Positions 37,645 through 47,004 of a stretch of 64,000 nt of DNA are shown here, in pieces. A program made the position numbers and the translations under genes. Position 1 is the first letter of the stretch, and every line of letters starts with the position of its first letter. The notes below the pieces were generated by a model, which saw only the letters and a program-made list of their open reading frames with translations, did no database searches and was not told the origin of the DNA. The DNA comes from an uncultured Clostridia bacterium (GTDB lineage Bacteria > Bacillota > Clostridia > Oscillospirales > QAKW01): NCBI GenBank assembly GCA_947627315.1, contig CANQVN010000001.1, forward strand, positions 1,656 to 65,655, read 5' to 3'.

Positions 37645-37926
37645 TTATCTGCTTTTTATTATCATGTCGGGCAGCGTAGACGCTCTGAGCAAATCAGCCG
37701 GATCGACATTTAATGCGTCGGCAATATTGAACAGCACGTCGAGCGAAAAGCCGTAAGCCATGTTGGGCGCTTCGATGTTGCTGATAAGAGAACGGCTCAC
37801 TCCGGCGTTGGCCGCAAGTTTTTCCTGCGTTAATCCGCGCACTTTGCGAAGCGTGGAGATAGCTATTCCCAGTTGAACGAATCTATCTCTGTTTTTATAA
37901 CCTATCTCTTTACCCATAGCATCCAC
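37645..37926 (-). CDS. XRE-family HTH regulator (Tn916 orf9-like)
   Basis: RKVRGLTQEKLAANAGVSRSLISNIE. Confidence 0.85.
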   Translation of the reverse strand: MDAMGKEIGYKNRDRFVQLGIAISTLRKVRGLTQEKLAANAGVSRSLISNIEAPNMAYGFSLDVLFNIADALNVDPADLLRASTLPDMIIKSR

Positions 37927-37995
37927 ACTTTCTTTGTTATTTCATTTTAATTATAGTATGAAATGCCTTTTCTTTCAGTACGCAACAGTAAGCGA

Positions 37996-38024
37996 TTGAC
38001 TTTATTAGTCAGCAATAGTATAAT
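37996..38024 (+). promoter_or_regulatory. Strong sigma-A promoter divergent from the XRE gene
   Basis: TTGACT, 17 nt, then TATAAT. Confidence 0.6.
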
Positions 38025-38152
38025 GTTATAGGCATATAAGTTTTTAATTGCTTAGGCAACTGTGTACGGAGGCTGTAATTTGGTAAGCAGTAATATACCG
38101 TGTAGAAAAACAAAAAACAGACGCCAAAAGACATCTGTTAATTTAATGTGTT

Positions 38153-38178
38153 TTTTCGTAAAGTATGTCACTCAACGA
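38153..38178. repeat. Left copy of a perfect 26-bp inverted repeat
   Basis: TTTTCGTAAAGTATGTCACTCAACGA. Its exact reverse complement lies at 39589-39614. Confidence 0.9.
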
Positions 38179-38200
38179 AGCAAATTCTTTATAAAACCCA

Positions 38201-38228
38201 TATAATTATACACGTATAATTATACACG
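38201..38228 (+). repeat. Perfect tandem duplication of a 14-bp unit TATAATTATACACG
   Basis: Read directly. It lies between the left inverted repeat and the integrase start. Confidence 0.85.
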
Positions 38229-38390
38229 ATGTCGCCGTACTTGTCAATGTGTCAGCAAATAATATCGAAAAAGATAAATTTTTGCGGTTTTGAGATATCA
38301 CAATAAAGTTTTGCTACACATGGACAACCTGTTTTTCGGCCATTTGCCGTCAACATCGCCGTCATCAATTAAAAAGTTGGAGGAAAATTT

Positions 38391-39521
38391 ATGCCAAAGA
38401 CAGGAGAAAACATTTATAAACGCAAAGACGGTCGATGGGAGGGCAGATACATTCGCTACTATGATGAAAATGGAGTCGGTAAATACGGATATGTATACGC
38501 TAAAACTTATAGAGAGGTTAAGATAAAACTTGCAGAAAAATCTGCAATTATTTCATCTCGACAGATATTACTTTCAAATAGTCATGTTACCTACGACGAA
38601 ATTTTAACCGCATGGTTACAGTCGTCAAGAATTAACATAAAAGAATCAACCTACGCGAGATATACGCATATAGTTGATAGTCATATCCGACCATCGTTGG
38701 GTAAGTATCAACTTTGCAAGATCAGCACGCAGTTAATTGAAGGGTATATAGAAAGCAAATTGCACAATGGAAGATTGGATAAGAACGGTCCTCTATCTGC
38801 AAAAACCGTAACAGATATGCTCTCTATAATCAAAAGTTCTTTTGAATATGCCAGATACAATAATCTTCCGGTTATTTGTAATTTAAGCAAGTTGTCGATT
38901 AAAAGAAAAGATAAAGAGATGCGTGTACTCCGACAGGATGAGCAAAATTTGTTGGTGCGTGTGCTGCTTGATAAAATTGATTTATATAAATTCGGTGTTC
39001 TTTTATCTCTTTATACCGGTATTAGAATTGGAGAACTATGTGCATTACGGTGGGGCAATTTGTGTTTAGACGACCGTATTCTTAGAGTCAGAGAGACGAT
39101 GCAGCGCATCCGGGATACAAACATGGAAACAAATACTAAGACCAAGATCATTATTACAGAGCCAAAGAGTCAGTGCTCTATCCGTGATATTCCATTGCCG
39201 GAATGTATCGTTGTGATTGCACGACAATTTCGCGCATCAGATAAAGATTTTATTCTTACCGGAGATCGCGTAAAATTTGTTGAACCTCGTACAATGCAAA
39301 ACCGTTTTAGGCATTACGTCATGGAATGCGGAATCGACCAAGCAAATTTTCATTCTCTCAGACATACATTTGCAACACGATGTGTTGAACTTGGTTTCGA
39401 ATTGAAGAGTTTGAGCGAAATACTCGGTCATTCAAATGTAAATATTACTCTTAATAAATATGTCCACTCATCATTTGAGTTGAAACACAGCAACATGAAT
39501 AAACTTACATTACCACTTTAG
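38391..39521 (+). CDS. int: Tyrosine recombinase/integrase (Tn916-Int-like architecture)
   Basis: N-terminal arm-binding-like KRKDGRWEGRY, and catalytic-region HSLRHTFATR...LGHSNVNITLNKYVH. SD GGAGGA. Confidence 0.9.
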   Translation: MPKTGENIYKRKDGRWEGRYIRYYDENGVGKYGYVYAKTYREVKIKLAEKSAIISSRQILLSNSHVTYDEILTAWLQSSRINIKESTYARYTHIVDSHIRPSLGKYQLCKISTQLIEGYIESKLHNGRLDKNGPLSAKTVTDMLSIIKSSFEYARYNNLPVICNLSKLSIKRKDKEMRVLRQDEQNLLVRVLLDKIDLYKFGVLLSLYTGIRIGELCALRWGNLCLDDRILRVRETMQRIRDTNMETNTKTKIIITEPKSQCSIRDIPLPECIVVIARQFRASDKDFILTGDRVKFVEPRTMQNRFRHYVMECGIDQANFHSLRHTFATRCVELGFELKSLSEILGHSNVNITLNKYVHSSFELKHSNMNKLTLPL

Positions 39522-39588
39522 CGCCGTCAAAATAATAGTCAAATAAGCGTCCGAAAGTCACGTTATAACTGTGATTTCGGGCGCTTTG

Positions 39589-39614
39589 TCGTTGAGTGAC
39601 ATACTTTACGAAAA
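39589..39614. repeat. Right copy of the perfect 26-bp inverted repeat
   Basis: TCGTTGAGTGACATACTTTACGAAAA. Confidence 0.9.
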
Positions 39615-39635
39615 TATAAAATAGCGGGTGTGAAT

Positions 39636-39983
39636 ATGAGCGATTACCAAGTAAATAAGTTGCTTGACATTGATAAAGATCAGTTAATTGCACGATTAAC
39701 TTCTGATTTGTCTGCGCTGTGAGCAAAACTTGGAATATCACAGTATGCACTTGCCAATCTAATTGGAATATCAAGGCAAACCTACAATTCTATTGAAACC
39801 GGCAAGAAAAAGATGCCGTGGAATGTCTTTTTGGCCTTGATTTTGTTATTTGGCTTTAATGAAAAAACTTCGTATCTTGTAGAGGCATCTGGTGCATTTT
39901 CTCCTTCCCTAAAAAAGGTTTTAGGAATCAATGAACGGGTTGAGAAAGCACTTGACGATATATTGGTTTCAAATACAATATAA
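39636..39983 (+). pseudogene. XRE-family HTH gene interrupted by an in-frame TGA at 39720-39722
   Basis: Translates MSDYQVNKLLDIDKDQLIARLTSDLSAL*AKLGISQYALANLIGISRQTYNSIETGKKKMPWNVFLALILLF. The stop sits where Arg (CGA) is expected. Confidence 0.65.
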
Positions 39984-40312
39984 AAATTTGATGGCAAAAT
40001 AATAGTCAACCAATTCATTAAAAATTCAACAACAAAAATATTTAAATTTTGGGGAGTAAATTTAGAAGTAAATTATAGAGTAGAGTTGATCAAATATAAA
40101 GGCGACCAATAATACCTTTATAGGGTGACGTCAAAGCGAGGATATCAATACATTATCCTCTTTTAGATATTCCAAACCTTCATATATGTACTCGAATTAA
40201 ACTTTTACGAAAAATTAGCCTTGAGTTTCCAGTATCTATGCCTGAGAGAACTATGGTGCAAGTTCTAACCAGATTTCCTAAAAAGTAACAATAATTCAGG
40301 AGGTTTCATCGT

Positions 40313-42007
40313 ATGAGCGATATGGATATACTCTCTGATGGCAATTTTGATATCGAATCTGACTCAAGTCTTGACAGCGACTTGGATTTGTATATGGATT
40401 CCGATATAGAATCTCTGGATTCGTTTGATGATGTTGATGCTTCGTTTTTGGGGGACGGCGATTCAAATATGGATCTCGATTCTACAGGCTCGGACTTTTT
40501 CAATGAGTCATTTGATGAAGTTGGTCTGCAAGCAGATATAGATGAAGCATCTGATTCTTCAGAAGATCTTTTGAGTGATTTGGATGAAGTTCCCGATACG
40601 GAGAACTTCGAATCTATTTCGGAAGTTGATATTGATACATCTGACGATGAAATTGAAATTCTTGAAATGGATGATGGTGAACTAATCGATGAAGTAGGAA
40701 CAGCATTTGAAGCCGACGATGAAACAGAAGAAGTTTCGGGTGAACAAATTGACTTACTTGATACAAATGATTATTTAAGCGATGTGGCTGATGATATACA
40801 AGAAGAAGCCGGTTTAATTTCAGACGAAACGGAAACCTTGTCTGAAAACATCAGTGGCGGGTTGGATTTAGAAGACGGACTTGAATCATTATCTCTTGAA
40901 GATTTAACAGATCTCGAGTATGAAAATGGTAATGAAGAACTGGAAGAACTTGTCTCGCCGGCGGAAGAGGAAATGACCGAAACTCCAGAGGATGCTTTGG
41001 ATGCCATTCAAGCGGAGCGGGAAAGACTTACTGAAATAAAAGAAGCACTCGCAGAGATGCAAAATTCCGAAATTAAAGATGCAGATGAGTATGAAGAAGA
41101 TTCTCCGATGGTACGCACTCGTGAGATAACATCTGAGATACTTGAGAGCAGAGAACGCGACACCGAGGAAGTTCTTGATAATTATCGAGATAACCTTCGC
41201 GGATACGGCGTCAATGAAGCGCAGATTGAAGAATTTGTCGAACAAGAACGCGAAAAGATCAACGCCGAATATGAGAGTTTAGATCGCGGAGACGAATATC
41301 CACAGATGTATGAAACGCCGAATGATTGGGAGAAAATTTCAGCATCCTTAATGGGTCAAGAAACTCAAGATGAGATACACTATGAATCCTCTCAGTTTTC
41401 TGAAATAGAAAATCAGGCTTTAGAAGAATTAGAAGAGGAGAATCAGGAGTTAGAGATCAATTATGATGAAATTTATGAGGCTATTCAACAAGATTCCCTT
41501 GAACAAGGTTTTGAGAATATCCAAGTAGATGCAGACCCGGAGAGATTAAATCAATCATTAGAAAACTTCAATGAATCGACATGGGAGGATCTTACTCTCG
41601 ATGAACAAAAAGACTCGATGGCATCTTTGGCTGATTATGTAGTCGATGTGATCGGATTTGAAAATCCACCAAAAATTGAGTACTACAACAACGAACGTAA
41701 AGGTGACTTTGGCGGATACGACTCAACTGCCAATACTTTGTATATCAATGAATATATGTTATACAATTCCGATGAGGCTGCCGATACAATTGCTCACGAA
41801 CTATGGCATGCCCATCAACATGAATGTGCTGAAAATCCTCAAAGTGCTCTCGATTATCAGTATCAGTACAATTTTGAAAATTATATACCGCCTGAATTGG
41901 GGCAAGAAGAGTATGAATCCCAGTTAGTTGAAGCAGAAGCCAGAGCTTTTGCGGCTCAGTTCAAAGATAGATTATCTCATATTAATAGAGGTCATGACGA
42001 TGGATAA
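40313..42007 (+). CDS. Extremely acidic protein with a C-terminal HExxH zincin-like domain
   Basis: The first ~430 aa are dominated by D/E/S/L. The C-terminus reads GGYDSTANTLYINEYMLYNSDEAADTIAHELWHAHQHE. SD AGGAGG. Confidence 0.8.
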   Translation: MSDMDILSDGNFDIESDSSLDSDLDLYMDSDIESLDSFDDVDASFLGDGDSNMDLDSTGSDFFNESFDEVGLQADIDEASDSSEDLLSDLDEVPDTENFESISEVDIDTSDDEIEILEMDDGELIDEVGTAFEADDETEEVSGEQIDLLDTNDYLSDVADDIQEEAGLISDETETLSENISGGLDLEDGLESLSLEDLTDLEYENGNEELEELVSPAEEEMTETPEDALDAIQAERERLTEIKEALAEMQNSEIKDADEYEEDSPMVRTREITSEILESRERDTEEVLDNYRDNLRGYGVNEAQIEEFVEQEREKINAEYESLDRGDEYPQMYETPNDWEKISASLMGQETQDEIHYESSQFSEIENQALEELEEENQELEINYDEIYEAIQQDSLEQGFENIQVDADPERLNQSLENFNESTWEDLTLDEQKDSMASLADYVVDVIGFENPPKIEYYNNERKGDFGGYDSTANTLYINEYMLYNSDEAADTIAHELWHAHQHECAENPQSALDYQYQYNFENYIPPELGQEEYESQLVEAEARAFAAQFKDRLSHINRGHDDG

Positions 42008-42296
42008 AATTATACAATATTTAATGTGTGAAAAGGGCGTTACTGAAGTAGTTGCCAAAGTCCTGTTCAGAACACTTACAAAGTATAAGGATATCGAGAG
42101 CGAGTTTATTTATTGGATAGATAATAGAAGTTACAATGCGCCAAACGCCATTGAAATTGGCGGCTACTCTGCCAAGAAAATCAGTGAAATCGCACCTTCA
42201 TTGGATGCAGCCGGAGTGTATAATTTCATGGTTACACTGCGAGATGTCCCCGAAAAAGCACAGGAATATATTAAAAATGGATTTCCAAGAAAGTGA
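41994..42296 (+). CDS. Small (about 100 aa) protein translationally coupled to the acidic zincin gene
   Basis: Its start overlaps the upstream stop by 14 nt. No motif recognised. Confidence 0.65.
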   Translation: MTMDKIIQYLMCEKGVTEVVAKVLFRTLTKYKDIESEFIYWIDNRSYNAPNAIEIGGYSAKKISEIAPSLDAAGVYNFMVTLRDVPEKAQEYIKNGFPRK

Positions 42297-42305
42297 GGGT
42301 TGATT

Positions 42306-44066
42306 ATGGAAAACAACAGACTTACAGGTTACCCGTCGATTGATAAGCCTTGGATGAAATACTATGATTGCAGCGACAAGGTAGATATTCCTAAGCTCTC
42401 AATATATCAAATGATCAGAAAGAATAACGCAACCCGTTTGAATAAGGTCGCTCTTGATCTGCGGAGTAGTGCAAACGGTTATAAAAAGGGAATCGAAATC
42501 ACTTATGGGAAGTTTTTCAAGCGTATCGAAATGGTTGCAAAGGCATATTCATACTTGGGTCTTAAGCCAGACGACATTTTGATAACTATTTTGCCCAATA
42601 TCCCCGAGAGCAGAATTTTGATTTACGGAATGAATCTTCTCGGCGTTACTGTATATCCCGTTTCTCCGTTTATTTCAGTTGTTCAGTTGGAAAAGGTGAT
42701 TGACGAATGTAGCTCAAAAAATATAGTTGTTTTTGAAAAATTCCTTAAAAAATTTGAGAGTGCTTTGGCGGCAAAATCATTCAACAGTATCTTGCTTGTG
42801 AATGGCATGGAATCGGCTCCTTTTGCTCTTAAACTGGCACAGAAAATTATCAACCCCGCTGTAAAGCGTGAACTTACGAACGGGAATTTGCTATACTGGA
42901 GTCATATCGAAAAATTAGCTGATAAGGTCAAAAAAGATATTGTACCATACTATGATTCTGAACATATAGCAGTTATAGTTGGCACGAGTGGGACAACTGG
43001 CACGCCAAAGGGGGTATGCCTTACAGATGATAATCTCAACGCTATTGCGCTTCAGCATTACTTGAGCGGTATTTTTGATGAAGAAGATGTTATGCTTGAC
43101 GCTCTTATTCAGTCGATTGGGTATGGGATATCTACGATGCACTATTCAACTTGTTATGGATTAAAGAATATTCTCATTCCTGAACTGCTAACAGATAAGT
43201 TTTCTGAGGTTCTTTGTTTGACTAAACCCGACCACTTTACGGGAGGTCCGGTACATTTTCAATATCTTGTTAACAGCAAGGAATTTATCAATAAAGAACT
43301 TCCTCCGATGAAAAATTTAGTTTCGGGAGGAGCCTCCTTGCCAAAGGTTTTAGAAAAGCAGATTAATAATGTCGATGATGATTTTTCTGAAAATGGGCAA
43401 AAGGATAACAGGATAATTGTGCGTCAAGGATTTGGATGCACCGAAAACGGTGGCTGCGGAGCATATTCAAAGGCAGGAGCATACAAATTTGGCGGCGTAG
43501 GGATACCGCTCCCGCTAGATACTTTTGCTATTTTTGAGCCAAATACGGATAAAGAACTGCCGTATAATACCGAAGGGGAAATATGTATAAGTGGTCCTAC
43601 GGTCATGAAATGTTACTTGAATAATCCTGCCGAAACAGAGAATGTTCTTAAAGCCCATTCCGACGGTCGCGTATGGCTTCACCTTGCCGATCTTGGGGAA
43701 ATCGACGAGGACGGACAGGTGTATATTATTGACAGAATCAAAAACATATTCATGCGTACGGGCTTCAATGTTCACCCGTCAAAAATTGCGGAGTTTATTT
43801 CTTCCCTGCCGTACATAAGCGAGTGCGTCGTTTTGGGTGTACCTGACTCAAAGGAGCAGATGGTCCCTGCGGCGTATATGGTAATAAATCCCGACTGCAA
43901 AGAGGATAAAGACAGCGTTTTGAAGTCGATTCAAAAAGAATGTGAGAGCAATCTCAGCGAAACGGATATGCCTGCGCACTGGTATTTTGTGGATGATATC
44001 CCGAGAAACGCAGGAGGCAAAGTAGATTACCTAGCCTTAGAAAAAGAAGCGGCATATATCAATTAA
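42306..44066 (+). CDS. Adenylate-forming (ANL superfamily) enzyme, paralogue 1
   Basis: Motifs TSGTTGTPKG, QGFGCTENGG, DLGEIDEDGQVYIIDRIKN and PRNAGGKVD. N-terminus GYPSIDKPWMKYY. Confidence 0.9.
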   Translation: MENNRLTGYPSIDKPWMKYYDCSDKVDIPKLSIYQMIRKNNATRLNKVALDLRSSANGYKKGIEITYGKFFKRIEMVAKAYSYLGLKPDDILITILPNIPESRILIYGMNLLGVTVYPVSPFISVVQLEKVIDECSSKNIVVFEKFLKKFESALAAKSFNSILLVNGMESAPFALKLAQKIINPAVKRELTNGNLLYWSHIEKLADKVKKDIVPYYDSEHIAVIVGTSGTTGTPKGVCLTDDNLNAIALQHYLSGIFDEEDVMLDALIQSIGYGISTMHYSTCYGLKNILIPELLTDKFSEVLCLTKPDHFTGGPVHFQYLVNSKEFINKELPPMKNLVSGGASLPKVLEKQINNVDDDFSENGQKDNRIIVRQGFGCTENGGCGAYSKAGAYKFGGVGIPLPLDTFAIFEPNTDKELPYNTEGEICISGPTVMKCYLNNPAETENVLKAHSDGRVWLHLADLGEIDEDGQVYIIDRIKNIFMRTGFNVHPSKIAEFISSLPYISECVVLGVPDSKEQMVPAAYMVINPDCKEDKDSVLKSIQKECESNLSETDMPAHWYFVDDIPRNAGGKVDYLALEKEAAYIN

Positions 44067-44082
44067 AGTTAAGAGGTCAAAA

Positions 44083-45837
44083 ATGCAAATCGAGAAGAAA
44101 ATGACTGGCTACCCGTCAATTGATAAGCCTTGGTTAAAATATTATCGTAAAGAAGCAATCAACGCTCCGCTCCCAACATGCTCAATGTACGAATATATTT
44201 ACAAGAACAATAAAAATCATCTCGATGCTATTGCGCTTGTATATTTTAATACTAAAATAACTTACCGCACCTTATTTGATGAAATTAATAAAGCAACCAC
44301 AGCATTTCTTGCTGCTGGACTAAAAAAAGGCGATGTTGTTTCGTTTATTACCATTACTACTCCCGAGATGATATATGCCCTCTATGCAATAAATAAAATT
44401 GGAGCGATTGCGAGTATAATTGATCCACGCGCATCGGCGGAGTCATTAAAAAAGCAAATTACGGATGCAAAATCTAATATACTGATTCTACTTGATGCTT
44501 GTATAGAACAAGTTGAATCTGTTATATCCTCTTTGACTTTTAAGGAAATAGTGGTTATACCTGTAAACCAATCAATGAATTTTCCTATCAAACAGATCTA
44601 TTCGGCAAAGGCGATATTTAGCAAAAAAATACCCGTCAGAAGTTTTCGATTTATTACTTGGAGGAATTTCATAAAAGCATCTGATTCTTTGCTGCTTACT
44701 ACAATTGAATCAGATGCTAATGCACCCGCAGCAATTACCTATACTGGTGGAACAACTGGCATTCCCAAAGGCGTTGTGCTCTCTAATCAAAATATCAATT
44801 CCGTTGCAGAACAATATAAAAATGCTGCTAGTTCTCTTAAAAGAGGTCAATCTTGGCTTACCGTTTCAGCGCCATTTATAGCATATGCCTTTATTGTCGG
44901 GCTGCATCTTCCATTATCATACGGAATGAGATGCTGTATAGAATTATATGATCCAGAAGTTATGGTTCATAATATTCTTCGAAAAAAGATCAATCACGTG
45001 GCAGCAACACCTGTTGTGTTTGAAAAATTACTTAATAACCCCCGAGCGCAAAAAGCAGACCTATCTTTTTTAATTGCTCCTACTTGCGGTGCAGATGCTC
45101 TGAGTCTTCAATTAGAACAGAGGATTAATACATTTTTATCTGAACATAAGTGTAAATGGAAAATTTGCCAGGGGTATGGCATGACAGAGGTTGGAACAGG
45201 CGTCTCTTTAAATATTTCGAAAAATTGTTATAAACTTGGTAGCGTTGGTGTTCCATTTGGAAATACAATAGTATCAACCTTTGATACAAAAGCATATGAA
45301 GAACAAAAAATTGGCTCTGTAGGTGAAATATGTATACAGGGACCAAGTGTTATGCAAGGATACTATAATGATCCGATTGCAACAAACTTGGTTATACGGA
45401 AGCACTCTGATGGCTCAGTATGGTTTCACACTGGAGATTTAGGCTATTTTGATGAAGACGGTTTTCTCTATATAGTCGGAAGAATAAAACGAATGATTAC
45501 CCGATATGATGGCTTTAAGGTATTTCCCGCCGTAGTTGAAGAGGCATTGATAAAACATACTTATGTTGAACAATGCGCGGTAATCGGAGTAGAGGATTCC
45601 AAACATCAAGTTGGACAATTACCAGTTGCATTCATTGTTTTATCTAAAGATTGTGATATTGCACAGACCAAAATAATCAGCCAATTAAATGTTTACTGTA
45701 ATAATCTTTTGCCAAAATATGCACACCCTATCACATATTTTTTTCGCAACTCTTTGCCTCTCACTGCCGCAAATAAAATAGATTATAGGGCACTTGAGGA
45801 AGATGCCGCCAGTACAGAAGAAATCAGAATTGAATGA
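44083..45837 (+). CDS. Adenylate-forming (ANL superfamily) enzyme, paralogue 2
   Basis: Motifs TGGTTGIPKG, QGYGMTEVG and TGDLGYFDEDGFLYIVGRIKR. N-terminus GYPSIDKPWLKYY. It starts 16 nt after paralogue 1. Confidence 0.9.
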   Translation: MQIEKKMTGYPSIDKPWLKYYRKEAINAPLPTCSMYEYIYKNNKNHLDAIALVYFNTKITYRTLFDEINKATTAFLAAGLKKGDVVSFITITTPEMIYALYAINKIGAIASIIDPRASAESLKKQITDAKSNILILLDACIEQVESVISSLTFKEIVVIPVNQSMNFPIKQIYSAKAIFSKKIPVRSFRFITWRNFIKASDSLLLTTIESDANAPAAITYTGGTTGIPKGVVLSNQNINSVAEQYKNAASSLKRGQSWLTVSAPFIAYAFIVGLHLPLSYGMRCCIELYDPEVMVHNILRKKINHVAATPVVFEKLLNNPRAQKADLSFLIAPTCGADALSLQLEQRINTFLSEHKCKWKICQGYGMTEVGTGVSLNISKNCYKLGSVGVPFGNTIVSTFDTKAYEEQKIGSVGEICIQGPSVMQGYYNDPIATNLVIRKHSDGSVWFHTGDLGYFDEDGFLYIVGRIKRMITRYDGFKVFPAVVEEALIKHTYVEQCAVIGVEDSKHQVGQLPVAFIVLSKDCDIAQTKIISQLNVYCNNLLPKYAHPITYFFRNSLPLTAANKIDYRALEEDAASTEEIRIE

Positions 45838-45992
45838 ATCATTAATAAAATTGTAAATTTCAGAAGTACATCCTATTGTGAAATTCACTTTTGAAGATAC
45901 ACTTTTACACGATTAAAAATAACTTTTTTCGGCTTCGAATAAAAATAATTCTATATATAGTAAATAAAGGTGAAAACATGGAGGAAATGTAA

Positions 45993-46181
45993 ATGTCAAA
46001 AGTCATGGTTAAGGATTTAAAAAAGAACGATTTAATTAAAGCAGATTTTTTGAATGACAATCAATGGCACTTTGTTTTAAATGTTGGTCCTGGCATCAAA
46101 AGCGGAGACGTATATTTGGCTGTCGAGAATTACGGAAGCGGACAGTTTGATAAATATACAGAGGTTGAGCGGAAAGATTAA
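45993..46181 (+). CDS. Small hypothetical protein (62 aa)
   Basis: SD GGAGGA upstream. No motif recognised. Confidence 0.5.
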   Translation: MSKVMVKDLKKNDLIKADFLNDNQWHFVLNVGPGIKSGDVYLAVENYGSGQFDKYTEVERKD

Positions 46182-46222
46182 GCTACGAGCCAACGTAATT
46201 CAACACGAGAAAGAGATCTCAT

Positions 46223-46966
46223 ATGTTACATAAAGAAAAGTTAGATGCTGAGCATAAAATAATAAGCATCGTTAGCGTGTTGCTTTCAATTGTTGCACTT
46301 ATCGCCGCTCTATATCCACAATTGATCTTTGGTAATGATAACCTTTTAAGTAAAGCAAATGCAGGACATGCCAAATCGCAAATGCTTTTGGCTGAACATT
46401 ACTTTGAAATTGGCGAATATAAAGATTCAATATATTGGTATAAAGTGGCGAGTGCAAACAAAAGCCGCTATCAAGCTGTAGCCTGTAACAATCTCGGATA
46501 TCTTTATGCGAAAGGCTATGGCCTTTCTGAAAATGAAATTGATGGATTTTATCGTCAAGAACGAGCCGTTAGACTTTTCGCAGAAGCATATAGAATTGGA
46601 TTGCAAAGTAATTATGAATATGTTATTGACACGAGCAGAGATAACGGTCTTAATACAGTTCGATTTTATTCGGAAGAATGCTTCCCCAATAAAGAAGATT
46701 ATCCTGGAACAATACTTAACTGGATAGATATGGCAAAATCAACAAGGGTAGTCGTGTCTTGTAAATATGTGTCATTCGACGTATATAAAGGTCGATCTTT
46801 TTGGATTGAAAACACATACTATACATTTTCGGGAACATGCATAGCCCAAAATGATAATGAAAATTTTATGTATACACACTATAAGTATTTTGTGCAAATA
46901 TATAAACCAAATACTGAACCATATAATCCGGTTTTCATTTATATGGTTGATATGAACGGAAAATAA
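46223..46966 (+). CDS. Membrane-anchored Sel1-like repeat protein
   Basis: N-terminal TM segment. Sel1-type segments include AGHAKSQMLLAEHYFEIGEYKDSIYWYKVAS and ACNNLGYLYAKGYG. Confidence 0.75.
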   Translation: MLHKEKLDAEHKIISIVSVLLSIVALIAALYPQLIFGNDNLLSKANAGHAKSQMLLAEHYFEIGEYKDSIYWYKVASANKSRYQAVACNNLGYLYAKGYGLSENEIDGFYRQERAVRLFAEAYRIGLQSNYEYVIDTSRDNGLNTVRFYSEECFPNKEDYPGTILNWIDMAKSTRVVVSCKYVSFDVYKGRSFWIENTYYTFSGTCIAQNDNENFMYTHYKYFVQIYKPNTEPYNPVFIYMVDMNGK

Positions 46967-47004
46967 TATCATTATTCTGACATTAGATCAATAGGAGTTT
47001 GTCT

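Noticed and set aside
39720-39722. TGA recoding (alternative genetic code) in the AT-rich island
   Set aside because: All other island genes are intact under the standard code and end in normal stops, with no further in-frame TGAs. A single nonsense mutation is the simpler explanation.
40313-41600. The acidic-protein gene as a DNA-level tandem repeat or CRISPR-like array
   Set aside because: The low complexity is at the amino-acid level (D/E/S/L). I could not find a fixed nucleotide period or repeated units with spacers.
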